DNA of 64,000 nt from an uncultured virus (IMG/VR IMGVR_UViG_3300031998_000018) (lineage: Duplodnaviria > Heunggongvirae > Uroviricota > Caudoviricetes). The position numbers were made by a program, and so were the translations under genes. The stretch lies in the IMG/VR virus record IMGVR_UViG_3300031998_000018; one strand, 5' to 3'. The notes beneath the pieces are model-generated. The model made no database searches and was not told the DNA's origin. It worked only from the letters and a program-made list of their open reading frames with translations. Shown here piece after piece: positions 25,404 through 36,382 of the stretch (positions are counted from its first letter, which is position 1; each line of letters begins with the position of its first letter).

Positions 25404-26528
25404 TTAAACTAATTGAGCAGTAGTGCACTCGTCAGCTTCTTTATCTTCTCTGATACGAATGAGCTTCGGATGCCGGATTGTCTTTGTTTCATTATCTAGC
25501 ATCATGCCGCCGACTTCGACAACTGTGCCGAGATAATCACGGAAGTTACTGAGCATCTCCTCTGAGAGGCCACTCAGATCTCCATAATGCTGCATCGTGC
25601 CATTCTCATCATACAGGCCCAGTTTGAAGGATCCTGGCCACTTGTAGTAGCAATTCTTTGTAACAGGAATAATCGGGGCGCCTTCTATGTAATCTTTAAA
25701 GTGATTTTGAAGCACATCAAGCCGCGCTTCAGTAATGTCATTAATCCAGTATTTCCATGTTTCCATAGATTTACCGCTATATATTCGTGTAGGAGGGTTA
25801 AAACCGATGATAATACAGTCGATTGTTTGCTTAAGAGTCTGCTTAACTTTGATGCTTACTCGCGCGGGCGTGCGTTTGTTATACACAATAGCATCACGGC
25901 GCATGATAACCATACCTTCTCTTCCTTCCGCGAGATACATCTGCAAATGTTCCCACAGTTCCGGCCCTTCGAAGAATTGAGCATAATGAACATATGGCTC
26001 ACCCGGATAAGCACGCCACATCTTCGTTAAGTGCTCTATGCGCTCCTCATATGGAGTCTTATTGTAATTCTCTCCATCAAACGCCATGCAGTCAAAGATG
26101 TGGAAGTGAAGAGGAGTTGTCTTCTGACGCTCAATGCTTTTATCCTTGAGACATCCGAGAATAGACGTGACATTCTTCGACCCTTCCATGCCAGGGAGGT
26201 AGGTCTCAGCCAGTACGCATGTACCATTCGGAAGGCTGTCTAGCCACGGCCTCAGATGCGGAACCCAGTCAATTTTGTTAACTATTTCTCCCTTTGTGTT
26301 GCGACTGCGCGCTATCATAAAGCAATTGCCGTCCTCGTCCTTGAGTAGACGCTGATAGTAGCCATCAACCTTGAGACTACCGATATAGTCGCCAGACATA
26401 ATGAGATTACGCACTGTTTCCTTCTGTGTTTCTTCCGATACGCCCGCGCCGAATGACCAATACTTCATAGGTTCAGTATTGAGCCAGTCATATCCATCAA
26501 TATATCCTTTCATTCCATATATCTCCAT
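25404..26528 (-). CDS. ATP-dependent DNA ligase
   Basis: KVDG motif I, FHIFD, EGMVI, IKVK, RHPKLIRIREDK motif VI. Confidence 0.9.
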   Translation of the reverse strand: MEIYGMKGYIDGYDWLNTEPMKYWSFGAGVSEETQKETVRNLIMSGDYIGSLKVDGYYQRLLKDEDGNCFMIARSRNTKGEIVNKIDWVPHLRPWLDSLPNGTCVLAETYLPGMEGSKNVTSILGCLKDKSIERQKTTPLHFHIFDCMAFDGENYNKTPYEERIEHLTKMWRAYPGEPYVHYAQFFEGPELWEHLQMYLAEGREGMVIMRRDAIVYNKRTPARVSIKVKQTLKQTIDCIIIGFNPPTRIYSGKSMETWKYWINDITEARLDVLQNHFKDYIEGAPIIPVTKNCYYKWPGSFKLGLYDENGTMQHYGDLSGLSEEMLSNFRDYLGTVVEVGGMMLDNETKTIRHPKLIRIREDKEADECTTAQLV

Positions 26529-26785
26529 TTATAATTATTACATTTGTTTCGGTGGCCTTTACAAACTTTAATAATACCACTACTATCAGTATTTGTCATA
26601 CGCCCTGCTTCTAAGGCGCTATCAAAAATAGCAATTTTAGGTCAATTTTCATTTTCTATATATATTATACATCAATTTTGTAGGAAAATCAATTTTCTTA
26701 CGTTGAAGATTCGCGCGAGCCCGTCCCTGCATATACGGAGGTTAACCCCTGCACATACCGAGACAGCCCGCGCGCATTCAACATA

Positions 26786-27778
26786 TCACTTCTGCAAACC
26801 ACTTTCTCGTATCAGCTTCTTGATTTCTTCAGTCGTGAAGAACGTCATCAGCCAACTACCAAAAGTCTGACCAAAGAAAACTAATGCATCATCCTTCACA
26901 GTCCACTAATCACAATTGAGCTTCATATCTGGATGTGCATAGATCGACACTAGCACCATTGACACCTATCTATCATGCAGCATCTACTTCATATGGTCTT
27001 TGGTCTTATCTTTAATAGTCCCATAAATGATCCCGCGCTAATAGTAATTATAACAGTTAATAATATTAGCTATCATCTGATTAGGCATTACTTTCCCTGT
27101 CTTTCGATAATGCCTATACACCCAATACATAGCCTCAATATAGTCGCAACTAAAACAAGTTAGCCTGCGCGCTGACTACTTTGTGACTGAATTAGGATTG
27201 TCACTAAAATAATAAACTTCTTCATCAAGGCAATACGACTCCAAGTCATACGCATATAGTGATAGATTGAAGGCAAGATCCTCATTCGTCCTCAAGTATG
27301 GCGGGAACTTAATCCCATTTTCCTCCAAGAACTTTACTCGATAAATCTTGCCGTGCATCCAAGTCCGGCTATCTCCAGCCGGAATTACATGCTTTTCTTC
27401 ACCGCCGACTTGTTGCAAGATATTCGTTAGTATCAGATCCGCTTGATTATGCTCAATAACTTCTTCCATGCGCTATATCGCATATGGCATTAACGCATCA
27501 TCAGAGTCTAAAAACATCACATACTCGGTCGGCGCTGACTGCATCAAATAATCCAAACCGACTTGACGGCTAACTGCGCAGCCTCCATTTATGTCTGATC
27601 TCAGATAACTAATATCCAGAAGCCTATCAAATTCCGCACAGATAGACTATATATCCTCTGTACTGGCATCATCAGACACGATCACTTTGAAGTCCTTCGC
27701 GGTCTGCGCGCAGAGTGAATACAAGGCTTTACGCAGATCCGCTGATCGGTTATAAGCCGGAATAATAACAGTAATCAT
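26786..27778 (-). CDS. Glycosyltransferase family 2 (code 15)
   Basis: MITVIIPAYN...VSDDAST...FLDSDD...NEDLAFN; several TAGs read through, ends TGA. Confidence 0.85.
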
Positions 27779-28296
27779 CGAAGTCCTGCTTCTCCAAAGA
27801 ACATTTTAATAAACCCTTGCGCCTCATTCATAAGATCCTCAAAAGTGCCATTGTTAGATATGGTTAAATCATAATCAAAATCAAGCACATTTGCGTCCGA
27901 GGCATTTGACTGATCATTACTCTCAACGGCATCGCGCCTTACTAGTAGAGTAACACAATCATTACCAAAATGATCGACAAAACGCTGTATCTCTTTTGGC
28001 TCTCGACAATGAATAAACACAACAGCATTTGGTGAGATGCGCCCTATCTCATCAATATACGCCAAAGTCTTCTTAAATGGGACATCTCCCCACTCAGTCA
28101 GTAATTGTTTGAGATCAGACAAGAACTTTCTATCCTTCGGGGTCTTCTGTCCATCCCATCCGCAAGCAGCGGCAACGAGTTTTACGAAATCAACTGTTGA
28201 ATATTCAAACACCAAGTTGTCTTGGGCAATTTCCTTGCAATATTGTACAAACAGGCTTTTACCCGACTTGGGATAGCCATTGAGTACACAAACCAT
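27775..28296 (-). CDS. P-loop nucleotide (dNMP) kinase-like protein
   Basis: GYPKSGKS Walker A; RKFLSDLK, HCREPKEI and D.TISNNGT typical of phage dNMP kinases. Confidence 0.7.
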   Translation of the reverse strand: MVCVLNGYPKSGKSLFVQYCKEIAQDNLVFEYSTVDFVKLVAAACGWDGQKTPKDRKFLSDLKQLLTEWGDVPFKKTLAYIDEIGRISPNAVVFIHCREPKEIQRFVDHFGNDCVTLLVRRDAVESNDQSNASDANVLDFDYDLTISNNGTFEDLMNEAQGFIKMFFGEAGLR

Positions 28297-28758
28297 TCAG
28301 CCTCCTAGTGACAGGGTCTGGACTTGTTTATCAACATAGTTGTTCCATTTGTTATCCATATGTCCTGTCACTTTGTGTAAGTGATAAATTGGATCTACAT
28401 AGAAAGGAATTAGCATCTCCCATAGATCGCGATTGGCGACAAGCTCCTTTTTGCTATTTACCCAGCCGTTGATCTGCCATTTCCGATACCACTTCTGAAG
28501 GTAGCAATTACAGGCGTAAGATGAGTCGGTATAGATGTGGATCTCATCTCCCTCATCTACGCGTGATGCTATTGTCTCACAAGCCTTAATGATGGCTGTG
28601 AGTTCCATTCTCTGATTCGTGGTCTGTTCACAGCGGTCGCACTCCTCTGCGAGAATATCAGTCTCGTCCTCATTCAGGATAACGTAGCCCCAGGCGCCAA
28701 TTGCATTGGCGTATCCATTATTGCGGCAGCTGCCATCGGTGTAAATATTGTAGATCAT
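28297..28758 (-). CDS. rnhA: Ribonuclease HI
   Basis: YTDGS, TTNQRMEL, TDSSY, NRDLW, KVTGH, N.YVD motifs. Confidence 0.9.
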   Translation of the reverse strand: MIYNIYTDGSCRNNGYANAIGAWGYVILNEDETDILAEECDRCEQTTNQRMELTAIIKACETIASRVDEGDEIHIYTDSSYACNCYLQKWYRKWQINGWVNSKKELVANRDLWEMLIPFYVDPIYHLHKVTGHMDNKWNNYVDKQVQTLSLGG

Positions 28759-28986
28759 TGGCTAAACACCTTTCTATTTTCTATATAAATTATACCACAA
28801 TTTCGTTGATAAATCAAATTTGTTGAGTAGAAGGCTCGTTCTGCCACTTAATATACGGAAGAATATTCGACTTTTGTCAAAATTTGAAATCAAAATAAAC
28901 TTGTGATATAATCACGCGTGCACACACGCGCGTATATAAATAAGGAAGCGTTTTGATTTTTTATTAAAATTTGGAGGTAAAGGAGT

Positions 28987-29847
28987 ATGCCAATAGACAC
29001 ATCGTTTATTGACTTTACATATGGTAGTCATAAAGCATCAGACTTTCATCTCTACCGCGTAAGTAGTGGATCTCGTTATAATGATAACCTAATCCCTACA
29101 CTCACAGATAAGACTGCTGAGACCCCTGGCGCTGACGGCATGTACTTCTTCAATACGTATTACAAGCAGCGTCAGTTTACTATAAATTTTGCTTACAATG
29201 CATTAACTGAGACGGGCTTGCGCGATGTGCGTAATTGGCTTAATGGCAAGGAAGTCCTTCCATTAATCTTTGATGAGTGGCCTAATCGTCAGTATTTTGC
29301 CAAAGTAACTGGCGCGCCTTCATTCAAGTATATCCAGTTCTTGGAGTACGACACACCTGAGCGTCCATCCAACATAGTGGATCAAGGCACTAGCCGTGGT
29401 GATACAACGCACGTCGTCTACAAAGGCGAAGGTTCTGCGACATTTACCTGCTATGATCCTTTTGCTTATGCATTAACTCCCACAGAGTAGACCTACACTC
29501 AATCTTCCGGCACTTACTCTCCTTCTTCCGTAACAGTTGGAGGCACGGCGCCCACCCCATTCAAAGTCACATGCACTGGCGCAGTACCAGCTAATACGAC
29601 CATCAACCTCAAAGATGGTAATAATACCATTCTCTACTCCATCACCACGAAAGAAGCCGTAACTAGCAACTTTGAGTGGAATGGTTCAACTGGTATGGTT
29701 AAAGGCACAGTTAGCGGCAGCTCTCGTGCGATCAAGATTTCGGGTAGTAGTATGGGAGCTCTTGATGTAGGCACTACACCACACGTGGATGTATCTGGCG
29801 CGAGTGGTTTAACACTCAAGCTCAGTTTTTATGATAGATATCTCTAA
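28987..29847 (+). CDS. Distal tail (Dit)-like protein (code 15)
   Basis: FTYG...PGADG.Y...RQFTINF...WL...LIFDE.P...Y.AK...FTCYDPFAY; one TAG at 29488. Confidence 0.7.
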
Positions 29848-29864
29848 ACATAGGAGGAACGACG

Positions 29865-30236
29865 ATGAATTGGAATGATCTGATTATTTCGGTATGTTCG
29901 GTTATACTTACTGGTCTTGCGACCTGGGCGCTCTCCCTCTTTACTGGGTGGATGAATGAGAAACTAAAAGACAAGAAGTTTGCGAAGTTCGCAACAGAAA
30001 CTCTTGAGATAGTGACTAATTGTGTTAAAGCCACATATCAGACATACGTTGAAGCCATTAAGGGAACTGATATGTGGACAAAAGAGGCCCAGCAAACAGC
30101 ATTAAGAATGGCACTTGAAGCTGCCAAAGAGACATTGAGTGAGGATACTAAAAAGTATATCTCCGAGACTTATGGCGGACTTGATGAGTATCTCGTAAAT
30201 CTCATCGAAGCTGTTCTTTATGACCTGAAAAACTAA
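29865..30236 (+). CDS. Holin (LL-H-like)
   Basis: N-terminal TM, V.ATYQTYV..., LIEAVLYDLK C-terminus; upstream of endolysin. Confidence 0.65.
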   Translation: MNWNDLIISVCSVILTGLATWALSLFTGWMNEKLKDKKFAKFATETLEIVTNCVKATYQTYVEAIKGTDMWTKEAQQTALRMALEAAKETLSEDTKKYISETYGGLDEYLVNLIEAVLYDLKN

Positions 30237-30353
30237 TCAACATTTTAGGCGGCCGCAATGGTCGCCTAATTTGATTTTTTGATAAAATTTTGATATAATA
30301 TTAATGGAAAATGAAGATATCGAGATGCGTTTAACAGAAATAATGGAGGCCCT

Positions 30354-30650
30354 ATGCGTAGAGTTACAATCGATGATAGAAGAAGAATAAATGAACTTTA
30401 TTATCAATATCATAATTATGCTGAAGTTGCTCGGCAAACGGGCTTCAGTGCCAGCACGGTCAGGTCTTACGTAGACAAAAACTTTAATCCGGTCACTGAG
30501 GATCAGATTAAGCGCTTTGATCCCAATGTAGATATGAAAGAGTTTGATGAGACTATCTTCGAAGGTCTGGACAACTATGGAGAACTTTGTGTATTGAGTG
30601 AAGAAGAGAAGGAAGAGATCCGACTTCTCTGGAAGGAGTTAACGGTATGA
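30354..30650 (+). CDS. HTH DNA-binding protein
   Basis: NYAEVARQTGFSASTVRSYV. Confidence 0.7.
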   Translation: MRRVTIDDRRRINELYYQYHNYAEVARQTGFSASTVRSYVDKNFNPVTEDQIKRFDPNVDMKEFDETIFEGLDNYGELCVLSEEEKEEIRLLWKELTV

Positions 30651-31030
30651 TACAAGTCCCTTGCTTTAAAGTAGAAGAATCGCCTTATAACCCCGGCAAG
30701 TTCTACATAGCGCCGATCCATGAAAACTTCCATCTGACTTCTGCTCAGGGTAGTTTCAACATTATCTGCGCCCGACTGATGAACCTCAGTTATGCACAGT
30801 ATCTCCGTTTTTGCAGAGATGTCTGCGGCGCCGAGATCGTCGGCAAGAACCAGTTATATCCCGTTGCTTATTTCCCTCGCGGCAATCGCGTTCAGGCACT
30901 ATGCCGCTTGTTAAACTCACGCGCCAACCTCGTTCTGTGGTGTAGAGAGCATCCGGACTGGCGCCAGCATCAAGAACAACTCGCTGAATGGGAGGAAAAG
31001 CATCGTGTGGTTAACCAAAGAAATTCTTGA
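30647..31030 (+). CDS. Hypothetical protein
   Basis: ATGA coupling, AAGGAG RBS. Confidence 0.6.
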   Translation: MIQVPCFKVEESPYNPGKFYIAPIHENFHLTSAQGSFNIICARLMNLSYAQYLRFCRDVCGAEIVGKNQLYPVAYFPRGNRVQALCRLLNSRANLVLWCREHPDWRQHQEQLAEWEEKHRVVNQRNS

Positions 31031-31874
31031 ACAATATGGGGCAAGCGCTGAGGGTATATAGTGGTTTGATCGAAACTATCCGGATGGCGCCTCCTGTCTT
31101 GATATTATCGAAAATAAGGCGGCGCCTAATGAGTATCTCTTTTGGGGATTACTTCATCTAACAACTACTCAACAAGAGCGGGCCGCATACTACAAAAGAT
31201 TGAATATCAATGACAGCACAAACATCTGGGCTTGTGAAGATGTGGATCACTCCGATATGGTTGTGGAGTCGAAGCACGTCAAGAATAGTAAGTATATCTA
31301 CTTTTGTGAGAATGTTGAGAATAGTGAAGATGTGAGCTATAGTGAAGATATTATTGAGGGTAAAGAACTTTACAGTTGTATGGGAGTTACCAAATCCTCT
31401 AAAGCAATTTTCTCTAATCATATTACAGGTTCGTGCCTAGTCGCAACAAGCAACTTTATTATTGACTCTGCTAATATCTTTAGCAGTATGTTAATTACCC
31501 GTAGTAACCTAATATTCAGCTGCCAAAATGTTGAAGATAGTTTGTTCTCTGTCTCCTGCAAGGATAGCGATCACTGCTTATTCTGCTTTGAGAGGACGGG
31601 CGCTCACTATGAAATCTTCAATCATTCAGTTAGCAAGACACAATGGGATTTCTTATATAGTGAGAGTTTCTCACAGCTATCTCCTCATGATCTACTTCTT
31701 TATGACAAGTGGGATCCCGAAAATGTAGACCATGGTCTTGTTGACTATCATACCCGCAATCGTTTACTCGAACCCGTATTGAATGATCAACTAATTCGAT
31801 GGATTAAGCATTTACCTTTCTATGATGGGCAACTTGCTTATCAAATGACTTTTCATCCGAGTTTTCTTGATTAA
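31005..31874 (+). CDS. Hypothetical beta-helix-like repeat protein (code 15)
   Basis: GTG start after GGAGG, one TAG, in frame with track ORF 31200; S/C-rich short repeats. Confidence 0.55.
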
Positions 31875-31926
31875 ATAAGCAAACTTCTTACTTATATATG
31901 AGAATAATAAGTTAAGGAGGACAGTT

Positions 31927-33378
31927 ATGATCTTAAAAGAATGCTTATTAATCGATAACGATATGTATACAAAACCTATATATATCGCTAATTAGGCGCC
32001 AACTGGTATAGTGGTGCATAGCACAGGGTGTAACAACCCCTGGTTAAAGAGATATGTCTAGCCAGTTCCTAAACAGGAATGCTATGATGAAGTGATTGCC
32101 GATCTCGGTAAAAATTATAACGATAATTCATGGAACAATCCAGGCGTGGGCGCTTGCGTTCATGCAATGATAGGTAAGAACAAAGATGGTATTGTTGAAA
32201 CATACCAGACCTTACCTTATGAATACTGTGCCGGCGGCGTTGCTCATGGCACAATGGTTCCTCCTGATACTAAATATTATTCTGATGCAGAATGCACAAA
32301 GTATGCAGGGACTACAACCACAGATGTTCACGGTACTGGATGGATTGTCTTAAAGAATAAGAAATGGTCTATTAAGTTACCAATCAATGGCGTTACTTAT
32401 TATGCCAATTATGCCTCTGGTTTATCTTATAACTACAATCCCAATGCGCGTTTACAATTTGAGGTTCAAGAAGATGACCTTACAGATGAAACATATTTCA
32501 ATACCGCCTTTACCGAAGCGATTGAATACTGCGTTTATCTCTGTAAGAAATTCAATTTAAAATCTTCCCAAATCTGCTCTCATAAAGAGAGTTACACAGC
32601 TGGTTATGGCTCCAACCATGGCGATCCTGAAAACTGGTTAACTAAATTTGGGAAGGACATGAATTGGTTCCGTAGTGAAGTCGCTAAGCGATTAAACGAA
32701 GACCCTGGGCCTGAACCTGAGTTTAAGTTGGGCGATGAAGTCAAATTCAAGAGCACCGCTGTGTATTGGTGTAGTGGTGGTACTATTCCAGCTTGGATTA
32801 AGTCTTGGGATCCATTATATGTACGGCAAATTAAAGGCAATGGCACGAAAATACTTGTCTCTACTGTGTCGACAGGCGATATTACAGGTTGGGCCTGGGC
32901 TAAGGATCTTGAACTGAGCAAGCCAGTAGTTAATTTTGTCGTAGGTGATAAAGTTAAGTTTAATTCTACAGCTACTACTTGGTGCAATGGTTATTTAATT
33001 CCTTCGTGGGTATTACAATGGGATCCACTTTATGTCCGACAGGTCAATGCAGCAGATGGGAAGGCGCTTGTATCTACGGTAGAAGTAGGCGATTATACCG
33101 GATGGGCATGGGAAAAAGATTTGGTGTATTCAGGGCAGCAATCAAATGTAAAGCCTGAACCTGAGCCAGCGCCAGAGCCAACACCTGAACCTGATCCAGA
33201 GCCTGATCCCGAACCAACTCCTGATCCAGAGCCTGAACCAGCGCCAACTCCTGAGCCTGACCCGGAACCAACTCCGGAACCCGATCCAGAACCCGAACCT
33301 GAACCCCTTACAGGATGGGCGCGCTTCTGGCAGGCACTACTCAATGCTCTGTTACGAGTTTTTGGTAAAAAAGAATAA
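31927..33378 (+). CDS. N-acetylmuramoyl-L-alanine amidase endolysin with two cell-wall-binding repeats, PE/PD linker and amphipathic C-terminus (code 15)
   Basis: [18 protein letters not shown](TAG)P, QFEVQED, SHKE, SNHGDP; AAGGAGG RBS at 31914. Confidence 0.85.
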
Positions 33379-33482
33379 TCCACATTTGAGGCATTGCGCT
33401 GAGTGATGCCTCAATTAATTTGACTTTTTTTCAAAAATATGATATAATATATATATAGAAAATCGAAAGTGAGAAGTTTCCT

Positions 33483-35032
33483 ATGCGAGAAATGACAGAA
33501 TTGGAATTTCGGCAGTCTGTTAAACAAGATCCTTATAATCTTTTCCTGAAACGCAATCGCCGCAATACTCCGAGGTCTGCTTATAATTGTGGTGGGTTCG
33601 CGCTCAATGTGTATGATTGGATATGTCCCTATATCCAGACAGATGACTACGCTGGTCCGATACTCGATGGTATGTATACCGATGATGAGCGAATGAGTTA
33701 TATCATTGATTTGATCAATGAAGGCTGGGATAGGGAGTATATTGAGGAGGAGATCCTGCGTTATGATGTTAACTTCCTTCTTGATGAATATCCATTCCTT
33801 GAACCCGTTAACCTTGAAGACTGCGCGCCGTCTGATTTTGTAATTGCATATCGTATCTTCATCAATATTGATGAGGATCTTGGTGTAGTAGAAGATGAAG
33901 ATTTTCATTTTAAGATCAGGATTAATGGCTTTTGGTTTGAAAAAATGGGATCTGATTCTATTAGACTCTGTCAGCTTGATGCAGATGAGCCGTGGTATGT
34001 AAATGATCTTACTCAGTATACGAGCCGGATCGAATACTTTATTCCTCGGAGAAGTTACTATGGAAAAATTAAGTAAAGCGGAATTCGTAGAGTATCTGAA
34101 TTTTATTTATAAAGAGCATCAAAAAGAGTGCAAATTCTGTGATGTTCTTGAAGAGTTTGGAACCGGTTATGTCGATGTATTCCTTTATGCAAATTATGAA
34201 ATACGGCTTATTAACCTTCTGACCAAGATCATGGACGACAAAGATAAATGGATTGAATACTGGGCATGGGAATGCGATTATGGCCAGCGGTGCTATCGCG
34301 TCAATGCCGAAGATATTTCTACTCCTGAAAGACTCTATGACTTCATGGTGCGATATTACTATAAAGAGGTTGAGTAATGACACACGAAGAATATATCAAA
34401 ACAATTGTCTATAACGGCCGCATGATTAACATCGGTATAGATGATAATGGTCAGCAATATTTCCTTCAATATGTTGAGGGCGATCAACTGATGGAAGTAG
34501 GGTGCGGCGCCTACAACGAAAACTATCAAAATTATATCGAACATTTATTCGGTGAGCCAGAGCAATGCGTGCTCTACCATACACTCGATACTTGTGACCA
34601 GATCCTCGCCCATGGTTATTGTTCCAAATGCTCTAAAAATTATCTCTGGCAACAGGCTAGACACATTCACACTAAAAGGAGAAAGATATGAACCAGGAAT
34701 ACCCCTATTTTGATAATCCTACTCAGGTCCTCTTTTACAATATTGATGCCGATGATGGTGGCTATACTTTTGGCATTGCTTATCATGATACGGTCATTTG
34801 CGGCTGCTGCGGCGGAGTGTTTATGGTTGATGAACTGTATGACTTTACTCCGAATGGTAAGACACCTATCTACCCTCTGAAAGGATGGTACAATCTGGAT
34901 GAAGAAGTAATGACAGATGGGCACGATATTGAGGATTATCTTGAGTATTGCGGCGATCTGTCTGATGATTGCTCAAATCTTAAGAGCGCCGAGGATCAGA
35001 TCTCACTTTTTGATGGAATGGAACTGTCATAA
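33483..35032 (+). CDS. Operon of four TAG-free hypothetical early genes (33483..34076, 34060..34377, 34377..34691, 34688..35032)
   Basis: Coupled ORFs behind promoter at 33420. Confidence 0.65.
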
Positions 35033-35132
35033 ATTTGACTTTGTTCCAAAAATATGATATAATATATATAGAAAATGAGAGGCGGTTTTTACCTCCCTTT
35101 CACCGCCTCTCATCTGTCATCTGTCATCTGTT

Positions 35133-35214
35133 ATCTAATCTAAACACGCGAGCCGCAGTCTCAAGCCTGCAAAATCCTTCTAAATGGGTAAGGTGAAGTG
35201 CGAGAGGATTAGAT
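35133..35214 (+). ncRNA. Twister ribozyme, type P1
   Basis: P1 ATCTAATC/GATTAGAT; TAA at cleavage site; P4 GCAG/CTGC with loop TCTCAAGC; loop CTC pairs with GA-GAG (T1); GC/GC (T2). Confidence 0.75.
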
Positions 35215-35528
35215 CAACTATCCGAAGTACAAGGTGCGCATTCAAGGTCAGACCTGGGCTGGCCTAATAGAAAAGCCCTATTAACGGTATCGGAATGGCC
35301 GCCGATAAGAAGTTCGTGAATAAGTACTCGCTGCACGTAGAAGTAATGAATGCTAGTTGATCGCCCACAAAAGACCGTTCACGGGCCGAAGCGTGAGGTT
35401 AGGCGCTCACCCAAAAAGCGCAACGACGGCTAGCTGACCCGTCGAAAAATAAAATTCGCATACTGCTGAGATACACAATAGCGGCTAAGCAGCGCCAATA
35501 TTTAGAAAGGTGTATATCGCAAACCCAT

Positions 35529-35595
35529 AAGGCGCTAACAGCAATTAACAACTAACTGATTTGAACAGTGAACCGGAGATTGAAGCTGCGCCTTG
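35529..35595 (+). ncRNA. ACAGCAA-motif small RNA, copy A
   Basis: AAGGCGC...GCGCCTT terminal stem with TAACAGCAA. Confidence 0.6.
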
Positions 35596-35601
35596 TTTTA
35601 T

Positions 35602-35688
35602 GGGGGAATGGCGAAATCGGCAGACGCAACGGACTTAAAATCCGTTGACCGCAAGATCGTGAGGGTTCAAGTCCCTCTTCCCCTACCA
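35602..35688 (+). tRNA. tRNA-Leu(TAA)
   Basis: Cloverleaf, ACGGA-CTTAAAA-TCCGT, long variable arm, CCA. Confidence 0.9.
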
Positions 35689-35700
35689 AAAGGAGTAATT

Positions 35701-36243
35701 ATGATTTATCTTACATCAGATCTTCATCTATGCCATAATCGGCCATTCCTTTATGAGCCGCGTGGCTATTCATCTATTTATCAGATGAATGAAGATATCG
35801 TTTCAAACTGGAATTCAATAGTCAACACAACAGACGAAGTTTATGTTCTTGGTGATCTTATGCTAAATGATAATGATGCCGGGATTAAATTTCTGAAGCA
35901 ACTCAAAGGTGATATTCACATTATACGCGGTAACCACGATACAGATCCGCGCATAGAACTCTATAACCAGTGTTATAATGTCGTTGAGGTCTGTAATAGC
36001 ACTTACCTTAAGTGTGATGGATTTCACTTTTATCTCTCGCATTATCCAACTCTTACCTCGACTTTTGATATAGAGAAGCGACTTTATTCGCGCCTTATCA
36101 ATCTGTGTGGGCATACCCACACTTCAGATCCGTTCCTTGATTGGGATCGGTATAATGCACCAATATATCATTGTGAACTGGATGCGCATCACAATGCGCC
36201 CGTCTCAATCGATCAAATCATTTTTGAAATTCGCAACCATTAA
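35701..36243 (+). CDS. Calcineurin-like metallophosphoesterase
   Basis: SDLH, LGD, GNHD, SHYP, GHTH. Confidence 0.85.
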   Translation: MIYLTSDLHLCHNRPFLYEPRGYSSIYQMNEDIVSNWNSIVNTTDEVYVLGDLMLNDNDAGIKFLKQLKGDIHIIRGNHDTDPRIELYNQCYNVVEVCNSTYLKCDGFHFYLSHYPTLTSTFDIEKRLYSRLINLCGHTHTSDPFLDWDRYNAPIYHCELDAHHNAPVSIDQIIFEIRNH

Positions 36244-36308
36244 AATTTGTGTTTTTTTCGAAATTGGTGTATAATTATTATAGAAAGTGAGAGAAATCTC
36301 ACTTATAT

Positions 36309-36382
36309 CGCAGGATAGTGCAAAGGTAGCATCGGTGGCTCATACCCAACGGATTAGGGTTCGACTCCCTATCCTGCAACCA
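36309..36382 (+). tRNA. tRNA-Met(CAT), initiator-like
   Basis: C1:A72 mismatch, CTCATAC loop, CCA. Confidence 0.8.

Noticed and set aside
33093..33383. Gly-Ser repeat protein on the minus strand
   Set aside because: Antisense shadow of the endolysin PE/PD linker
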